Assembly: GCF_000143415.4 (NCBI RefSeq)
Contig: NW_003314272.1
Span: forward strand, 117,144-181,143
Origin: Selaginella moellendorffii
Taxonomy: Eukaryota > Plantae > Lycopodiophyta
Direction: 5' to 3'
DNA length: 64,000 nucleotides
Under the pieces are notes generated by a model that was given only the letters and a program-made list of their open reading frames with translations, was not told the DNA's origin and searched no databases. A program made the position numbers and the translations under genes. Of the stretch, positions 1 to 12,215 are shown one piece after another; positions within the stretch are counted from its first letter, which is position 1, and every line of letters starts with the position of its first letter.

Positions 1-1351
1 GTGGGATACATCGGCCCACCGGGTGAAGTAAAACTGAAGAGCGCTGTTTTAAGACGTGTACTTGTTGTCACTCTAAGCTCCTTCCCTATCAGACGCGGCG
101 ACATTGTCAGGACAAGAAGAAAGCAGCACGGGTCCACACACCTTTGAGTGCCTTTGCGCTCCACAGGTAGTGAAGTAGCACCGGTTCAACCTTCACCTTC
201 TGCAGCTGAGGAAAAACGAAAACGTAGCATACAGCTCCAGTAAGCATGGAAAGACGAGAATACCTGGTCCGTCAGCTCTATGACAAACACGTCGGCCGCC
301 GCTCCATTGTACCCAGGCACAAGAGGAAACCTGCTTAAAAAATCATCCAGTCCATCGGCTGCAACTTACACACACGTTTACTAGGTGCATGGAGTGAGAG
401 CGAAACAGATCCACCTGGCTCGTAGAAGAAGAAAAACCTTGCCAAAAGTAACGCGAGCTCCCTTCGACTCTAAGTGAATGCAGGCAAACTAATATAAGCA
501 CTGAATTCACGCCAGCCATACTTGCTTACTTGTAGGGGAAACTTATTGAGTTGGTCAGACGACAGAGCTGCCTCCATTGTGTACTGCAAAAGGCAGGAAG
601 AAGAAGAAGGAAAAAAAAAAAAAACAATAGAGATCTGGCACTTATACAAAGAAATCTGGTTACGTGATAGAGAGAATGAAATCGTGTCACGTTGCCCAAT
701 AGATCAATCCTGCCATGCAGGGCATGAGAGAGAACGTGAGCAAAACAACGCAAAACGTACCAGAAGATGTTGCTGGCACCCTCGATGAATGCGGTGGTGT
801 AGCGGAGCAAACCATCCGAGGCATCCGTTGGAATCTCGAATAGCTTGGAGCAGGCGAGTCACAATCGTCAGCAATCTGTCTAGGCGCAAAATTCATACCC
901 ATTGGTAGAAGACGAGCGCAAAGATTTGCGATGCGAACGACTGGGTCCACAGCTGTACAAACAAGGGAAGGAGGGGCTTGGCATCCTCGGGGATTTGCGC
1001 GTAGTGCTCCGCGAGGACTTCATAAAAGCACTTCCTGCCCACGAACAGGTGCTCAGCATCTTGGCCATACAAGAGTTCTGTCCAATCCAAAAGAATCCAA
1101 GAGCCTGGCTGCGTAAACTAGAAGCGCGAACTCACTACCTTTTGCACGATCGTCCACTTCGAGAGCTACATCAGTGAAGAGCTGCCTGAGACAATCTCCG
1201 CGCTGGGACGGCAAGCTGATCGCCTGGATAGAGAGTGAGGAGCTCCTGCCGACAGTGAGCCCTGAGTTACCTTGTGCAGCTTGCGGAGGAGCTGCTGCGT
1301 GAGAGCCGTCCGGTAGGCCGACTTGGGGAGGGGGCGGTGGCGGTCCGACAT
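1..1351 (-). CDS. Conserved plant protein of unknown function, multi-exon, runs off the window start
   Basis: Spliced exons MSDRHRPLPKSAYRTALTQQ..., FYEVLAEHYAQIPEDAKPLLPLFVQLWTQSFASQIFALVFYQW, FPLVPGYNGAAADVFVIELTDQ, ELRVTTSTRLKTALFSFTSPGGPMYP; GT-AG introns; ATG at 1351. Confidence 0.8.
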
Positions 1352-1546
1352 GACATCTCTCTCCGCCGTCCTTGCCCTACACACCTATATGTGTTGTGTT
1401 TGAGTGATCCTCGCAAAGTCATTAAAAAGCCATGCATGATATGTACAGAGAGTGAGTATCATCATCTCTAGCCGATCAAAAACCAATATCAGTGTTTGAT
1501 ATTGAGAGGGGGGGACACAATCTTGAGAGCTGGATTGGATCGCTCC

Positions 1547-2742
1547 TCAGTCGTCTTCGGAATCTGTGGAACCCAATGTGTAAACGGACCTGAAAGAGGA
1601 GAGGAGAGAGGTGTTTGATTACCTACCTGATCTTACATCGTCCCCCACGGTGCCGTTGTTCTGGAGCTGCCTCAACACCATCCGGCAGATGAGCACCCAC
1701 CAGTAGACGTGGAGCACCAGCAGCGACATGAGCATGGTGTTGAAGACATAGTAGATCTTGACCGTCTTGACGTTCCGGAAGTCGAGGAACTCCATGCAGT
1801 GGTAGCTGCGAGAGTGCGAGTCAGGAATGGCAACCGCAGGGAGCGTGCGTACCTGGTGCTCCAGATTATCCAAAACGGGAAGTAGATGAGTCTGAGGAGG
1901 AGCCACGAGAGCGCAAACAAGGCAAACGCAATGCTGGCCCCGACATCGCTGCCCGAGTACTTGAGCAGCTTGGCGGACTCGAGCAACACGTCGCTGGCAT
2001 CGTGAAGGGCCAGCACCAGCGAGCCCGCCCGGAAGCAGCTGGAAGATGACACCATAGTTTACACACATTGTGAGAGACCTATCATGCACGTACCCGGTGA
2101 TGAAGGAGCCGGCGATCAAGACGATGGTAATGACATGGTGCGTCATCATAACGCTGAAGTCCTTCCTCCGCGTCTCCCACACGAGGAGCGCGGCAACGCT
2201 GTACACATAGAAGCCACCTTGGAACGTGTAGAGGAGCTTGAGCTCGTGCCTGCGGCAAAACGGGGACGATGGATGGATTTTCATCCAAAAGAAACGAAAA
2301 GAAGATTGCCTGGGCACTCACGTCATGGTGTGGCCGGGCCATCGCTCCCAATAGCCGTGGCTGCTGGCAAACCACGGCTCCCTCGCCGTCGCATACAGCG
2401 CAAATGCCTCCGACGCCGTGTAGTATGTTAGCTTCCACATGGACTCGGTGGCCTTGAGCAGCTTTTTCTTCCGGTCCTTCACCTTCCTCGGGTAAATGAA
2501 GCACGCCGCCAGCCTCTGCGGTGGAGATCATGGATCAAGGCAGGCAGATATATGAGATCAGATCTACACGCGCGCACGCACGCACGCACCTGGTAAACCA
2601 AGGCATCCAAAAGCCAGCGTCCCAGCGGGAAGGCCAGCGCAAAGTAGAGGGCCAGGTAGTAGTCACTCCACTCGGGATAGCTCTCTCCTGCGCCGCCTCC
2701 TACCATTACCATTGCGGCCTTGCTCCCCGCCTCGCCGGACAT
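1547..2742 (-). CDS. LAG1: Ceramide synthase, LAG1/ASC1 family (TLC domain), multi-exon
   Basis: Lag1 motif [18 protein letters not shown]...[12 protein letters not shown]; C-terminal GDDVRS/DSEDD stop at 1547. Confidence 0.93.
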
Positions 2743-2971
2743 AGCGACATTACCTATCCATCCACGCGCGCACCCGATCTCGCCCTCGCCCCACGCCTAG
2801 ACCCAATCTCCACCTCCGCATCGCGGCTAAGTGGCCGAGCCGACCCATGGACATGGGAAAAGGGAATATGCCCAGGCTTAAATTATAAACATGTGAAAAA
2901 TATATATATATATCTATATATATAGAGCACACTTTGCTCACCAAGCCCAAACAACCCAAAACCTCCCTACC

Positions 2972-5547
2972 TCACGTCCTCAAGTCATCGGACATTGCCG
3001 ATGGGATGCAATGCATGCTGAGTATCTCCGGTGTTGCACTCTTGGCAACCTGAGCATCCAGCACAATCATCTGCAACACCAACACTGTGTCATGTCATGG
3101 CTTGAGCTCGCAACATCACCTGTTGGTACTCGAGGTCGAAGCGCATGAAGCCGTCGTTGCAGTTGTCCACCATGTGAGCCAAGTGCTTCAAGTTCCGCAC
3201 CGCAGTGCCATTGAACGCTATTATCTGCCGCGCAACAGTGTTAGGCGCCTCCTTGTACACGCTACCGGCACTGACAGCTTCGGCGTACCTGCGTGTTGAC
3301 AATGTCTTCGTACCCAATGTTCGCATCCGCTGCAAGGACCTGGAAACTCATCCCTGTCAACTCAATTCGACTTCGCCGCTTCTCACCTGAGAGATGACAA
3401 CTAGCTGCTCGTCTTCAGTCTGTGCAAAGTTGTGCATGAGCTTATCCAGTAACTTCACCGGAGCATCGTAGTCATAGTCCTTGCCATACTGCCAACACAG
3501 CTGCTTCCACTCAGTGTCTTCAATGGGAAGAAAAAGGCTGTCTCGGAATCAAGTGCTACGCAGGTCCTTCTTACCTCTGATCGTAGATAGGGAACCGAGA
3601 CAGCGGCAAAAACAATCCCGGCAACAATGTAGTAGGATGGGGGCCTTCCTTTGTTGTGTGCAGGGACCAGGCGTTTTGGAATCGTTACCTCGACAGCGTT
3701 TTCAATTATCTGTCCACTGCGAAGAACTCTCACCCGAGCACGTTGCCCAGTATACTTTTGCGAGACCAGGTATGTAAAACCAATCCGCTCTCCACTTCTG
3801 AAAGGAACTGTAAAAAACTGTCTTCAGTCGGAGAAAGAAGAGAAAACAGAAAAGTATAGAGGTACGTACCAGTTCCATCGTTGGCAATGTCGACTCCATC
3901 AAAACTCAAGAGAATATCCGACGAGCGTAGGTGTCTGGCTGCCGGAGCCGTTGGTTCCACTCGGCGTATACGAACACCCTTTTGGTTTGCCTTCATTCCG
4001 ACCGCTCTCCGAAGATCCGGATTTTCCATCCTTTGCCATTCAATACCCAACACGGGAAAACCTTCAGAGGCAGAGCAGAAGTTATATGCTAGCAAAGCAG
4101 AAGTTATATGCTAGCAAAGCAGAAGCCTTGACGAGGAGAGATACCTGTGTAATGCCCGTGGCGTTCGTAGTCCATAATAAAATGACTAATGACAGGCGTC
4201 GGGATGACATATCCAATGTTCTCGCAGTCTTCGTGCTTGAGAGACTGGAACGCAATCCCAATGCACTGTCCCCTGTCGTTGAAGGAGGGACCACCCGAGT
4301 TTCCAGCGTTGATGGCTGCATCTATCTGTACGTACCAAAGCATGAGGGCACGTACCAAATATTACAGGGATCGGGTCGCTTACTTGCACGCCCAGCAGTT
4401 CGCTAGCGCCATGGACGTAGGACGTGATCTCAATGCGCGACACAACACCACTGGTGACCGAGATTGTGTCGCCGCCGATGGGATAACCGACAACAGTGAT
4501 GGGGTCCTGCAACCTGGGCAAAGCGCCAAACTCCACAGGAGTCACTCCCCTCCAAAACGAGTCATCGTTGATGGTTAACATGGCTGCAAAGCAGAAAGCG
4601 TTTGTTTTGTTGTTCCTGGCGGAAAAACGACTCTTTTGCTGGCTTCCGTTATCCTCGGTGGTCGAAGAAGCAAGTAGCGCCTAGGACTGAACCTTTTGAG
4701 CTGACGAGTGCTCACCTATGTCGCATTCGGTTCCAATGGCAAGGACAGCCGCAACAAACTTGATATCCGAGCCCCGCCTCTTCACCTTCACCTGCGTGTG
4801 GTGCTCGACGGAGTGTGCATTGGTGAGAACTCGGTTGCCACCGATTATGAAGCCACTGCTGTTGGTGCTGAACTGCCGCTTTCGTTGCCAGGGAAGCGAA
4901 AAGTTTGGCTCCGTATGAATACAAAACACCTTGACGACCGCGTCCAAGAAAGGCAAGTCGTCCACCTCCTCGGCACCAAACTCGGCGTCGTCCAGCACCA
5001 CGGCAGGAATGGGCGCCTTGGAGGAGGGCTGCGAGCTGGCCTTGGCTCTGGTTGGCTTGGGAACGCCGGCACCGCTCTTGCTGGACGACGACACCTTGCC
5101 TTGCTTTCTCTCCGTCAACAGCTTGCCCGAGCTGCTAGCCTCGCCGCCAGCCTGCTTGGGTCTGATTCCATTACCGGCACAGTCTAGAGCCCGCTGCCAC
5201 TGCCTCTTGCTCCGCTCCGTCGTGGCCATGGGCAGCACCGTATGAAGCACGTCCGTGACGTCACCCTCCTCGCCGTGCAAGGGGCACGTCTCGAGGTGGC
5301 CTGCCGTCACCCTGGAGCTGGAGCTGGAGCTGGAGCTGGGCATCTCTCTCCTCCTCCTCTTCCTTTGCGTGCCACTGGCAATAGCTTCTCCGCCAAATAC
5401 TGGGATGGCGGGCCTTGGCACGTGCCTCCCGCAACCATTTACCTTGAACCTGGTTGCGGGCTGCCTTGGCGTCGCCCAGCCCCCGAGCTCCAACCACGCT
5501 TGGCTCCGCTTCCGCCGCCTGCTGCTACCCGCCATGGCCGAGCGCAC
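2972..5547 (-). CDS. DEG9: DegP/HtrA serine protease with PDZ domains, DEG9-like; start uncertain (5547 or 5229)
   Basis: [31 protein letters not shown] (catalytic His), [13 protein letters not shown] (catalytic Ser), PDZ region, C-terminal [13 protein letters not shown]. Confidence 0.9.
4074..4125. repeat. 22-bp tandem duplication in a DEG9 intron
   Basis: AGCAGAAGTTATATGCTAGCAA twice plus a partial third copy. Confidence 0.9.
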
Positions 5548-5828
5548 GCATTTGCATCCTCAGCCCAGCCTCCACTCGTGCTGCGCGATCTACGACTGCG
5601 AACCAGGTCCATGCCCCCGCCGCGCGACGAAGAAACTCATGTGGCGCATCAGCCTCCCAGCTGCGCAGGCAGCGGCCACAGTGCCCACATCCGGCTTGCC
5701 CTAGAATTGGATGTGTCCGCTCGGCGTGAAGGGACAAACGGCCATACGGCGCCCGCCACGTGTCCCGGGCGGAATATTCGCGGGAAAAGGGGGCAGATTA
5801 GGGCTCTAGTTCTCGGGAGCTGGCAGCG

Positions 5829-8210
5829 ATGTCGAAGAAGAAGGCGATGCCCCGCTCCACCATGTCCCTCAAGGTCTTCCACGGGGGCTCCATTCCATCG
5901 GATCTGCAACTCCCGTCGGCGCCTGGCATGTAAGTCGATCTGGTCCGTGTCGTTAGAGGAGCTGCTGACTGGCCCCATGGATTTCCAGGACGGTGGATCG
6001 GAGCGCGTACGAGCGGCCGAGCTCCGCGAATGTATGGTCGTCCGCCAGCAATCCAATGAGCAAGGGTTATGGCAACCATCGGCAGGCGCTCCTGCCCAAT
6101 GGGGAGACGAGGCCCTCCTCCGCCGCCGCCGCCCCTTCCTCCTCGTATTTCCCCAACACCGCCACAATGGGCAGGAACTACGACGAGGACGAGCGGAGGC
6201 CCGTCGACTTTCGGCCCCGCACCAGCCCCGGCGGCCACCACGACTACAGATCTCGGGAGTATGACAACGGTGGTGGAGTCTACTTCAAGGGCCGCTTGTC
6301 TCGCTCTCCGGACCATCTGCGCTACTCGGCCTATCCCCCCGGTGGTGGTGACCGCTTCGGCCCTCCTCTGCAGCCTTCTATGGCCGGCTCACCGGAGCGG
6401 CCACCCGTGAATGCCTGGGCCGCGCGCCGGGGTGAGCGCCTGGAGCCGGATGCGTCTGCCACCTCTCCCTGGCGCGTCCGAAACAGCATGGCCAGGATCG
6501 CCGAGGCAAGTGCCATCGACAAGGTCTCCTCTGGAAGGTGGCAGCCAGCAGCTACGCCCAGGAAGGAGCCCCTTTACGATGTCGATGCTCGCAAGGTGGA
6601 CATCTCCCACGCGATAGAGCAGCAGGAAGTGGAGGATGGCAGAAGGGTGGATAGTTATCATCACACCTCTTGGAAGCAGCAGCCAGCTGAGGCTACTCCC
6701 GAAGGAGGCTACCGCAGCCGTTTTAACGATGCCGGTGATACGTCGGAAAGAGCAAGGTTTGAGTACGACCACTTTGAGCGAGGCGATTCTTTCCGGGGAG
6801 TGAATGAACAGAGCTACCACAGCTTTCAGGAGGACAGGGTCGCTGGTCACGGGAGTACTTCTGCTTATGATTGTTTAGAGGTTCATTATACTCAGGGTGA
6901 TGATGGACGACACAGCGCAGATGCACAAGCAAGCCAAAAGCAACAGCATCTCTCTGACTCCAGACACGGTCCTGGAGCCCGTCAACATCCTGCCAACGTC
7001 TTTGAGCGTCAGTCCACTGATAGCAACGTTGTAAATCACGAAAGACTGCAAAGGCAACGATCGTTTGATTCGGAAAGGAACAGAACCTCGGCTACTGCAG
7101 TCAACCACGAGTTCAATCATCAATCCTCTGCCCATGTGTCTACCATGGTTGGCAGCACGTATTCTGATTCCACGAAGACTGGAGCTGCTTTGCTGCGGTC
7201 CACTTCTGGAGAACGGCCCAAGCTAAAGCTCCTTCCTAGATCCAAGCCAATGGAAGATCGTCATGATTTTTTTGAAGACGAGGGTACCTTCTTGTCCGAG
7301 GTAAGAATCTATCCATTCGTCGCCATGTTTGTGATTCTCAGCTGCGACACAGGCGGATCGCGCTGGGCGTCAGCAGCACGCAAGTGAAAGGGAGACCCAT
7401 GATTCGAGACCAGTCGTTACACCCAGTGCCCAAACAGAACACGACACTTGCCCAACTTCGGAGAGGCCTAAGCTGAGCTTGAAGCCCCGAACTCAGGCTC
7501 CTGACAACGCTTCGGACAAGGAGAGGTACGTGGAGGATGCTGCTACACTACCGTGGAATTCATGTGTTTTCTGGATACAGGCGAAGTTTGTTCGGTGGTG
7601 CGCGCCCCAGAGAGATGGTAAGCTCAATTCTACCCATGGTTCGAGCTCTGTATTTACTTTTATGTTCTTTGTAGGTGCTTCGACAGCGTGGAGCAGACGA
7701 CATTCCAGTCGAAGCCGCTGCAAGGTATCCATATTCCTGTTTCCATGCCACAGAGCTGACATGAAGGCTTGCAGTGATGTTGCTGAGCTCATTCGGAAGG
7801 AAAGGTGGCAGCCGGTCGAAACTCGGCAGCAGCAGGGTAGGACCAATAACGAAGGTGGCAAGGTAGTCAACCGGAGGGAAGAGGATCCAATACGGAGTGA
7901 AGCAGACCGGTACGAGATTCGGCGTGATTTGAGTCGGCAGGATCGCAGGGATCACCGGGATATTGACAGGCAGGAGAGTTGGAGGCGACGTGCGGAACCC
8001 ACTCCCGCACTCTCTGCGCTTGCAGAGATGCCGTCGCGCGTTGCTGGGAAGTCGTCGCTTGGATCGTCAGCGCTGCAGCTTGCGCAAGCCTTTTCGCGGT
8101 CAACCATCTCCGCCGCTGGTTCTCGACTGACGGATACTCCATCTCCCAGATATGGCAGAGCTTCTTCTGGACAGCAGCAGCGCAAGCACAGTGCCGCGAC
8201 TGCATGGTAG
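5829..8210 (+). CDS. Plant eIF4B-related low-complexity protein, multi-exon; 3' end approximate
   Basis: First exon MSKKKAMPRSTMSLKVFHGGSIPSDLQLPSAPG; eIF4B-like motifs ERPKLKLLPRSKP and ERPKLSLKPR; conserved SA.DKVSSGRW and SALQLAQAFSRS blocks. Confidence 0.7.
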
Positions 8211-8386
8211 TAAGGCACGCCAAGTGAGGCGGGACTAACGCATCAGGCGTGCTTGGCTGTAGCTATCTACAGAAACACAAGAAGAAACATATATCCTCTT
8301 TTGCTTCTCCTTGTATGTACAACGAGACGGCGGGTGTTGGTTGTTTTGTTAGTACCGCTCTTCTCTTTCTTGTTTGGCTTGTTGGT

Positions 8387-9538
8387 TCATGTTTTGAGAC
8401 GCTTGGCAGCTTGAAGGAAGCCCGTTATCACGTCCAGTTCATCCAGTTGCTGCAGCAAAGGGGAATTCGTGTGAGAAGAAGCGAGGAGAGAGCGTTTACT
8501 TACATATGCAACAAAGTGCTTCTCGATGGCGCGCAACAGCTGCTCCTTGGAGGAATTACGGCCTACATCGCTCTGAGACCACCGAGAGGCAAGATGAGAA
8601 GAGATCTGAGCGAGTGCCACTTACAAGCTTGAAGTGCTTCCTGTACTTGCGGAGGGCCGCCGTCTCCAGCTTGCTCAGGTCCACAACCTGTATATCCACG
8701 GAGAGATGGGTCAATGAAATGAAAACCACCGCTCGCTCACCGGGATTTCGGCCGACGGCATCGCTTCTGCTACCCTCTTGTCCACACAGAGCTGCGGCTG
8801 CGGCTGCGGCTGCGGCTGCTGCTGCTGCGTCGTCAAATCTAGCTGGTGAGGAGGCGATGGCGCTGCCGCTGGTGGCGGTGGTGGTGGCGGCGGAGGCGGC
8901 GGAGGCGATGGTGATGCAGTAATGCTAGGGGTCGTGGCGGTGGCACCAGTGTCTGCTTTGGCTGGCTTTTGCCTCACGCGGGGCTTAAATGTCCTAGGGA
9001 AATCGTCTGCGAGGGAGCAAAGCTAAGAGTGCGCAAGGAGATGAGGGCACCCACCTAGCACCGTGTCGCTGGTCACAGGGATCTCAATCTCATCGTCCTC
9101 CTCCTGCCCTGTGGGTGGCTCGATCACCGTCAACGCGTTCCTCTGGAGCTTCACCTCCACCCCGTTGGTCAGCACCTGGCACAAGCAAGCACTCAAAGGA
9201 TTACTCTAACCTAAACCACTGTTATAAAGGAGAGCGTGAGCTCTCCCCCGGCCGGGCACACCGGATTCATTACGTACCAGCCAATGCCAGCCTCCAAGTC
9301 CCACGGCCTTCTTGACAACGCCCTCCAGCCCCACAAGAACCGACTTTGTGCGATTGTTACCTCGCACCACAACCTTGGTGTGCCTGGGAAGAACAGACAG
9401 CTCCTCGTCCTCGTCGCCGCCAGTCTCGCCGCCCGGCGGGGGAAAATACGTTGGGGGAGGCAGAAACCCCTGATGCTCGTGATCATGGTGATGGCCGTGC
9501 TCCGCGGGGCTAGTCAGGCTGCGCTCGCCCTCCAGCAT
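8387..9538 (-). CDS. AFR: SAP30-like Sin3-HDAC complex subunit (AFR1/AFR2 family)
   Basis: EELSVLPRHTKVVVRGNNRTKSVLVGLEGVVKKAVGLGGWHWLV; Sin3-binding domain DLSKLETAALRKYRKHF...SKEQLLRAIEKHF...LDELDVITGFLQAAKRLK. Confidence 0.9.
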
Positions 9539-10160
9539 AATCGACCGATCGAATTAGCGATCACTGCTACAGTTTGTAGATTGTGATCTTGATCCTGTGA
9601 TCTTGATCCCTGCTTCCCTGACCAATTCCTCGAGGCCTCTATGATTCGGTCCAGCTCCCCACCTATCTATCCATAGCTTCCCCTTCCCGTGGAATGGGAG
9701 GGACTCTATGCTCTATCTTTGATGCCAAACCAAGAAGAAGAAGAAGAAGAGGAAGAAGAATTCGCCGCCCTCGATAGCCTCCAATCCTAGCCAATTCCAG
9801 CCAATGCGCGATGATCCATGGATACCAATTCGGATCCGGCAATGCGAAATATCGCGTCGACGCGACCGATGCGATTTGGCGACAAGAGAGAAGAGGATGA
9901 TCACCAACGACGAAGGGCGCACAATGCCACCCCCTCACTGCCTACTACAAAAACAATGCTCTCGCGTGCTTCCAACCGGCCTTAACCTTCCAAAAAAGCC
10001 CCCCCATGACAACTCATGCGGGATTCGGAATTTGTTGTGTCCACCCCGCTCCCTCGACTGCCTTTACCTCGGCGCCCTTGCCATCGCACCATCCACCCAA
10101 TCCAATCCAATCCATCGTCGTTGGCGTGCGGAATGATGGCTGCGAATGTTGCGAGAACCT

Positions 10161-10235
10161 GGTGAGGGTGATGGTGACGGTGACGGTGATGGTGAGAGTG
10201 AGGGTGAGGGTGGACGTGACCGTGACGGTGAGGGC
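10161..10235. repeat. Degenerate GGTGA(G/C/T) hexamer microsatellite, probably in the AFR 5' leader
   Basis: About 12 units of GGTGAN. Confidence 0.75.
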
Positions 10236-11114
10236 AGCGCGCCAAAATGCACACACTCGCCGCGTGGCGCCTTGCTCGCTTTCGTGCCGGGCAAGGTACG
10301 AACGGATGAGTTGCGGGCTCGATTCCTGGCGTTAGCCGGGTAATTAATAATGGGCGTGGAGCCCGCCCTTGGGGAATCATGATGTGAGTGCGGGGAGTGG
10401 ACAACAGCAGCAGCAGCAGCAGCAGTTGATGGACCACAAAACTGAAAACAAAAATGGATTTCGATTTCCTCCGCTCTTCCTATTCCTGAGACTGCCTGAC
10501 TGACTCATCTTCCTAACCGAGTACATTCATTGCGAGCTGACGAAGCATTGCAAGCTGACCCTCGAGCAACAAGTCTCTCCACTCCAGATTCTAGACCAGA
10601 TGCTGTCTAGATTGCAAACCAGAGCCGCCGGGCCGTGCCGTCCCGTGCCAGACGCGATCCATTTCATCATTCCAAATTCCAATGTCTCTTTCGATTCATA
10701 TTCATAGCAGCCTTTGACGTCCAAAGCTTCTTAATCCCACGTAACAAAAAATATAAGACCGAGGGGGGGAGGGATGAGATCTCTTATTGTTGATCCTCCA
10801 ACACAACTTGTTGTGCCAGCCCCTATTCAATATGTATTATCTTCTTGTCTTGAGGATCATCCCTTCTTTTACGCGCTGAAAGAGACATCCATAAAGACTG
10901 CGACAGTAACCACAACCCTGTGCAAAACGCTCTCCCGTCTCGTCTGTCAAGGAGCAAGGACAAATGTCTTCCTTCGACCGATTAATCAGCTTACTTGGCC
11001 ATTGCTCGTTCGCGGACACTGGAAACGCCAAACTTGACGCGCGGCTCAACATCTCAAAGGACGACTCAGAATTGAATTACGCATAGTGTTCTAAGCATTC
11101 CCATCCATGTTATA

Positions 11115-12098
11115 TCAACTTTCTTTTCGCAGCTTTGAGCTCCGAAAGCCATCTCGGAGTTCCAAGTAACGCTTCAAGCACTGGCTCTTGCTTCGGCCTC
11201 GCACCGTGGCCTGTATCCTATCCCACCTCGACGGTGTGCCCTTCGGAAATGCTTTGAGACCAGCCAGCAACGCCTTGTCTTCACCATCTGACCAGGCGAC
11301 GCTCCCTGCATTGCCAGGGGCAGGAGAAGGATCATCCTCCTCGTCCACAAGCTGCCATCCCTCCTCAAACTCCTCTCTCAGGCTGAGATCCAATGATATC
11401 TGCCGGCTCGACACTTTCCTCTGTGCCAAGAACTTGGCATACGCATCCTCGTCGCCAGGCTTCTTGTCTGCCAGAGCCTTTGCCATTTGGATTACATTGT
11501 CCACCGTGCGAGAACCGCCAAAACTTTGGGCGATCACTTGCCACCTTCTCGCTGTTCCTCTCGGGTGCTTGGCAAGCTGCTTTCTCAGGAATGCAACCTC
11601 CTCCTCACTCCACTCCCCTTCCACGACTGCGCCGTCACTCTCCCCCGTCCCATTCCAGCTAGCATTTCCTTCCTGCGCCTCTAGGATCCCTCCCGTTCCA
11701 TCGACTTGTGGCGACGAATCCACAGCCCTGGCAGCCCCGGCATGCTTCCTGGATCTAGAAATCTTCTTGTCCGCGGCGGCATCCACAGCAAGAGGAGCTG
11801 GAGATGGGTCGAGAGGAGCAACGATCACACCCTGGCCGACGCTGCAATCGCCAGCCGTGAGAGAAATGGGAGCAAGCGGGCCCAGAATGAGCGACACTGC
11901 TATCCAGGCTGCAACGAGCTGCGCAATCGACGACCACGCCGCCACCCACGCGCAGCAAAGCAGCACAGACATACCTAGGATCACGCAGATGGCGGCGTGC
12001 CTCCTGTCCACGATGGGATCTCCTTGCTGGGGTGGAACACCCGCATTGGATTGCAAGCGGAAGTTGGGCCGGCACTCGTCCACGAAATCGAAGTCCAT
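11115..12098 (-). CDS. MAMYB: Membrane-anchored MYB/SANT protein, intronless
   Basis: MDFDFVDE.RPNF start, two TM segments, LGP.AP.S.T.GD..VG.G motif, two SANT repeats (WSEEEV...HPRGTARRW; WSDGEDKALL...FPK...RWDRI). Confidence 0.88.
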   Translation of the reverse strand: MDFDFVDECRPNFRLQSNAGVPPQQGDPIVDRRHAAICVILGMSVLLCCAWVAAWSSIAQLVAAWIAVSLILGPLAPISLTAGDCSVGQGVIVAPLDPSPAPLAVDAAADKKISRSRKHAGAARAVDSSPQVDGTGGILEAQEGNASWNGTGESDGAVVEGEWSEEEVAFLRKQLAKHPRGTARRWQVIAQSFGGSRTVDNVIQMAKALADKKPGDEDAYAKFLAQRKVSSRQISLDLSLREEFEEGWQLVDEEDDPSPAPGNAGSVAWSDGEDKALLAGLKAFPKGTPSRWDRIQATVRGRSKSQCLKRYLELRDGFRSSKLRKES

Positions 12099-12215
12099 GC
12101 CTTCACCCAAGAGCCCTAGCTAGGGTTTGTGTTTCTTAAAAACGGCAAAAAGCTCGTTCGCTTATACATTGTATCTCGAGGAACAAAATTTGGTAGGAAA
12201 GGAGAATACGCGGGG

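Noticed and set aside
10340-11110. Short ORFs and a possible snoRNA between AFR and MAMYB
   Set aside because: No convincing box C/D pairing or protein motif; probably promoter and 3' UTR.
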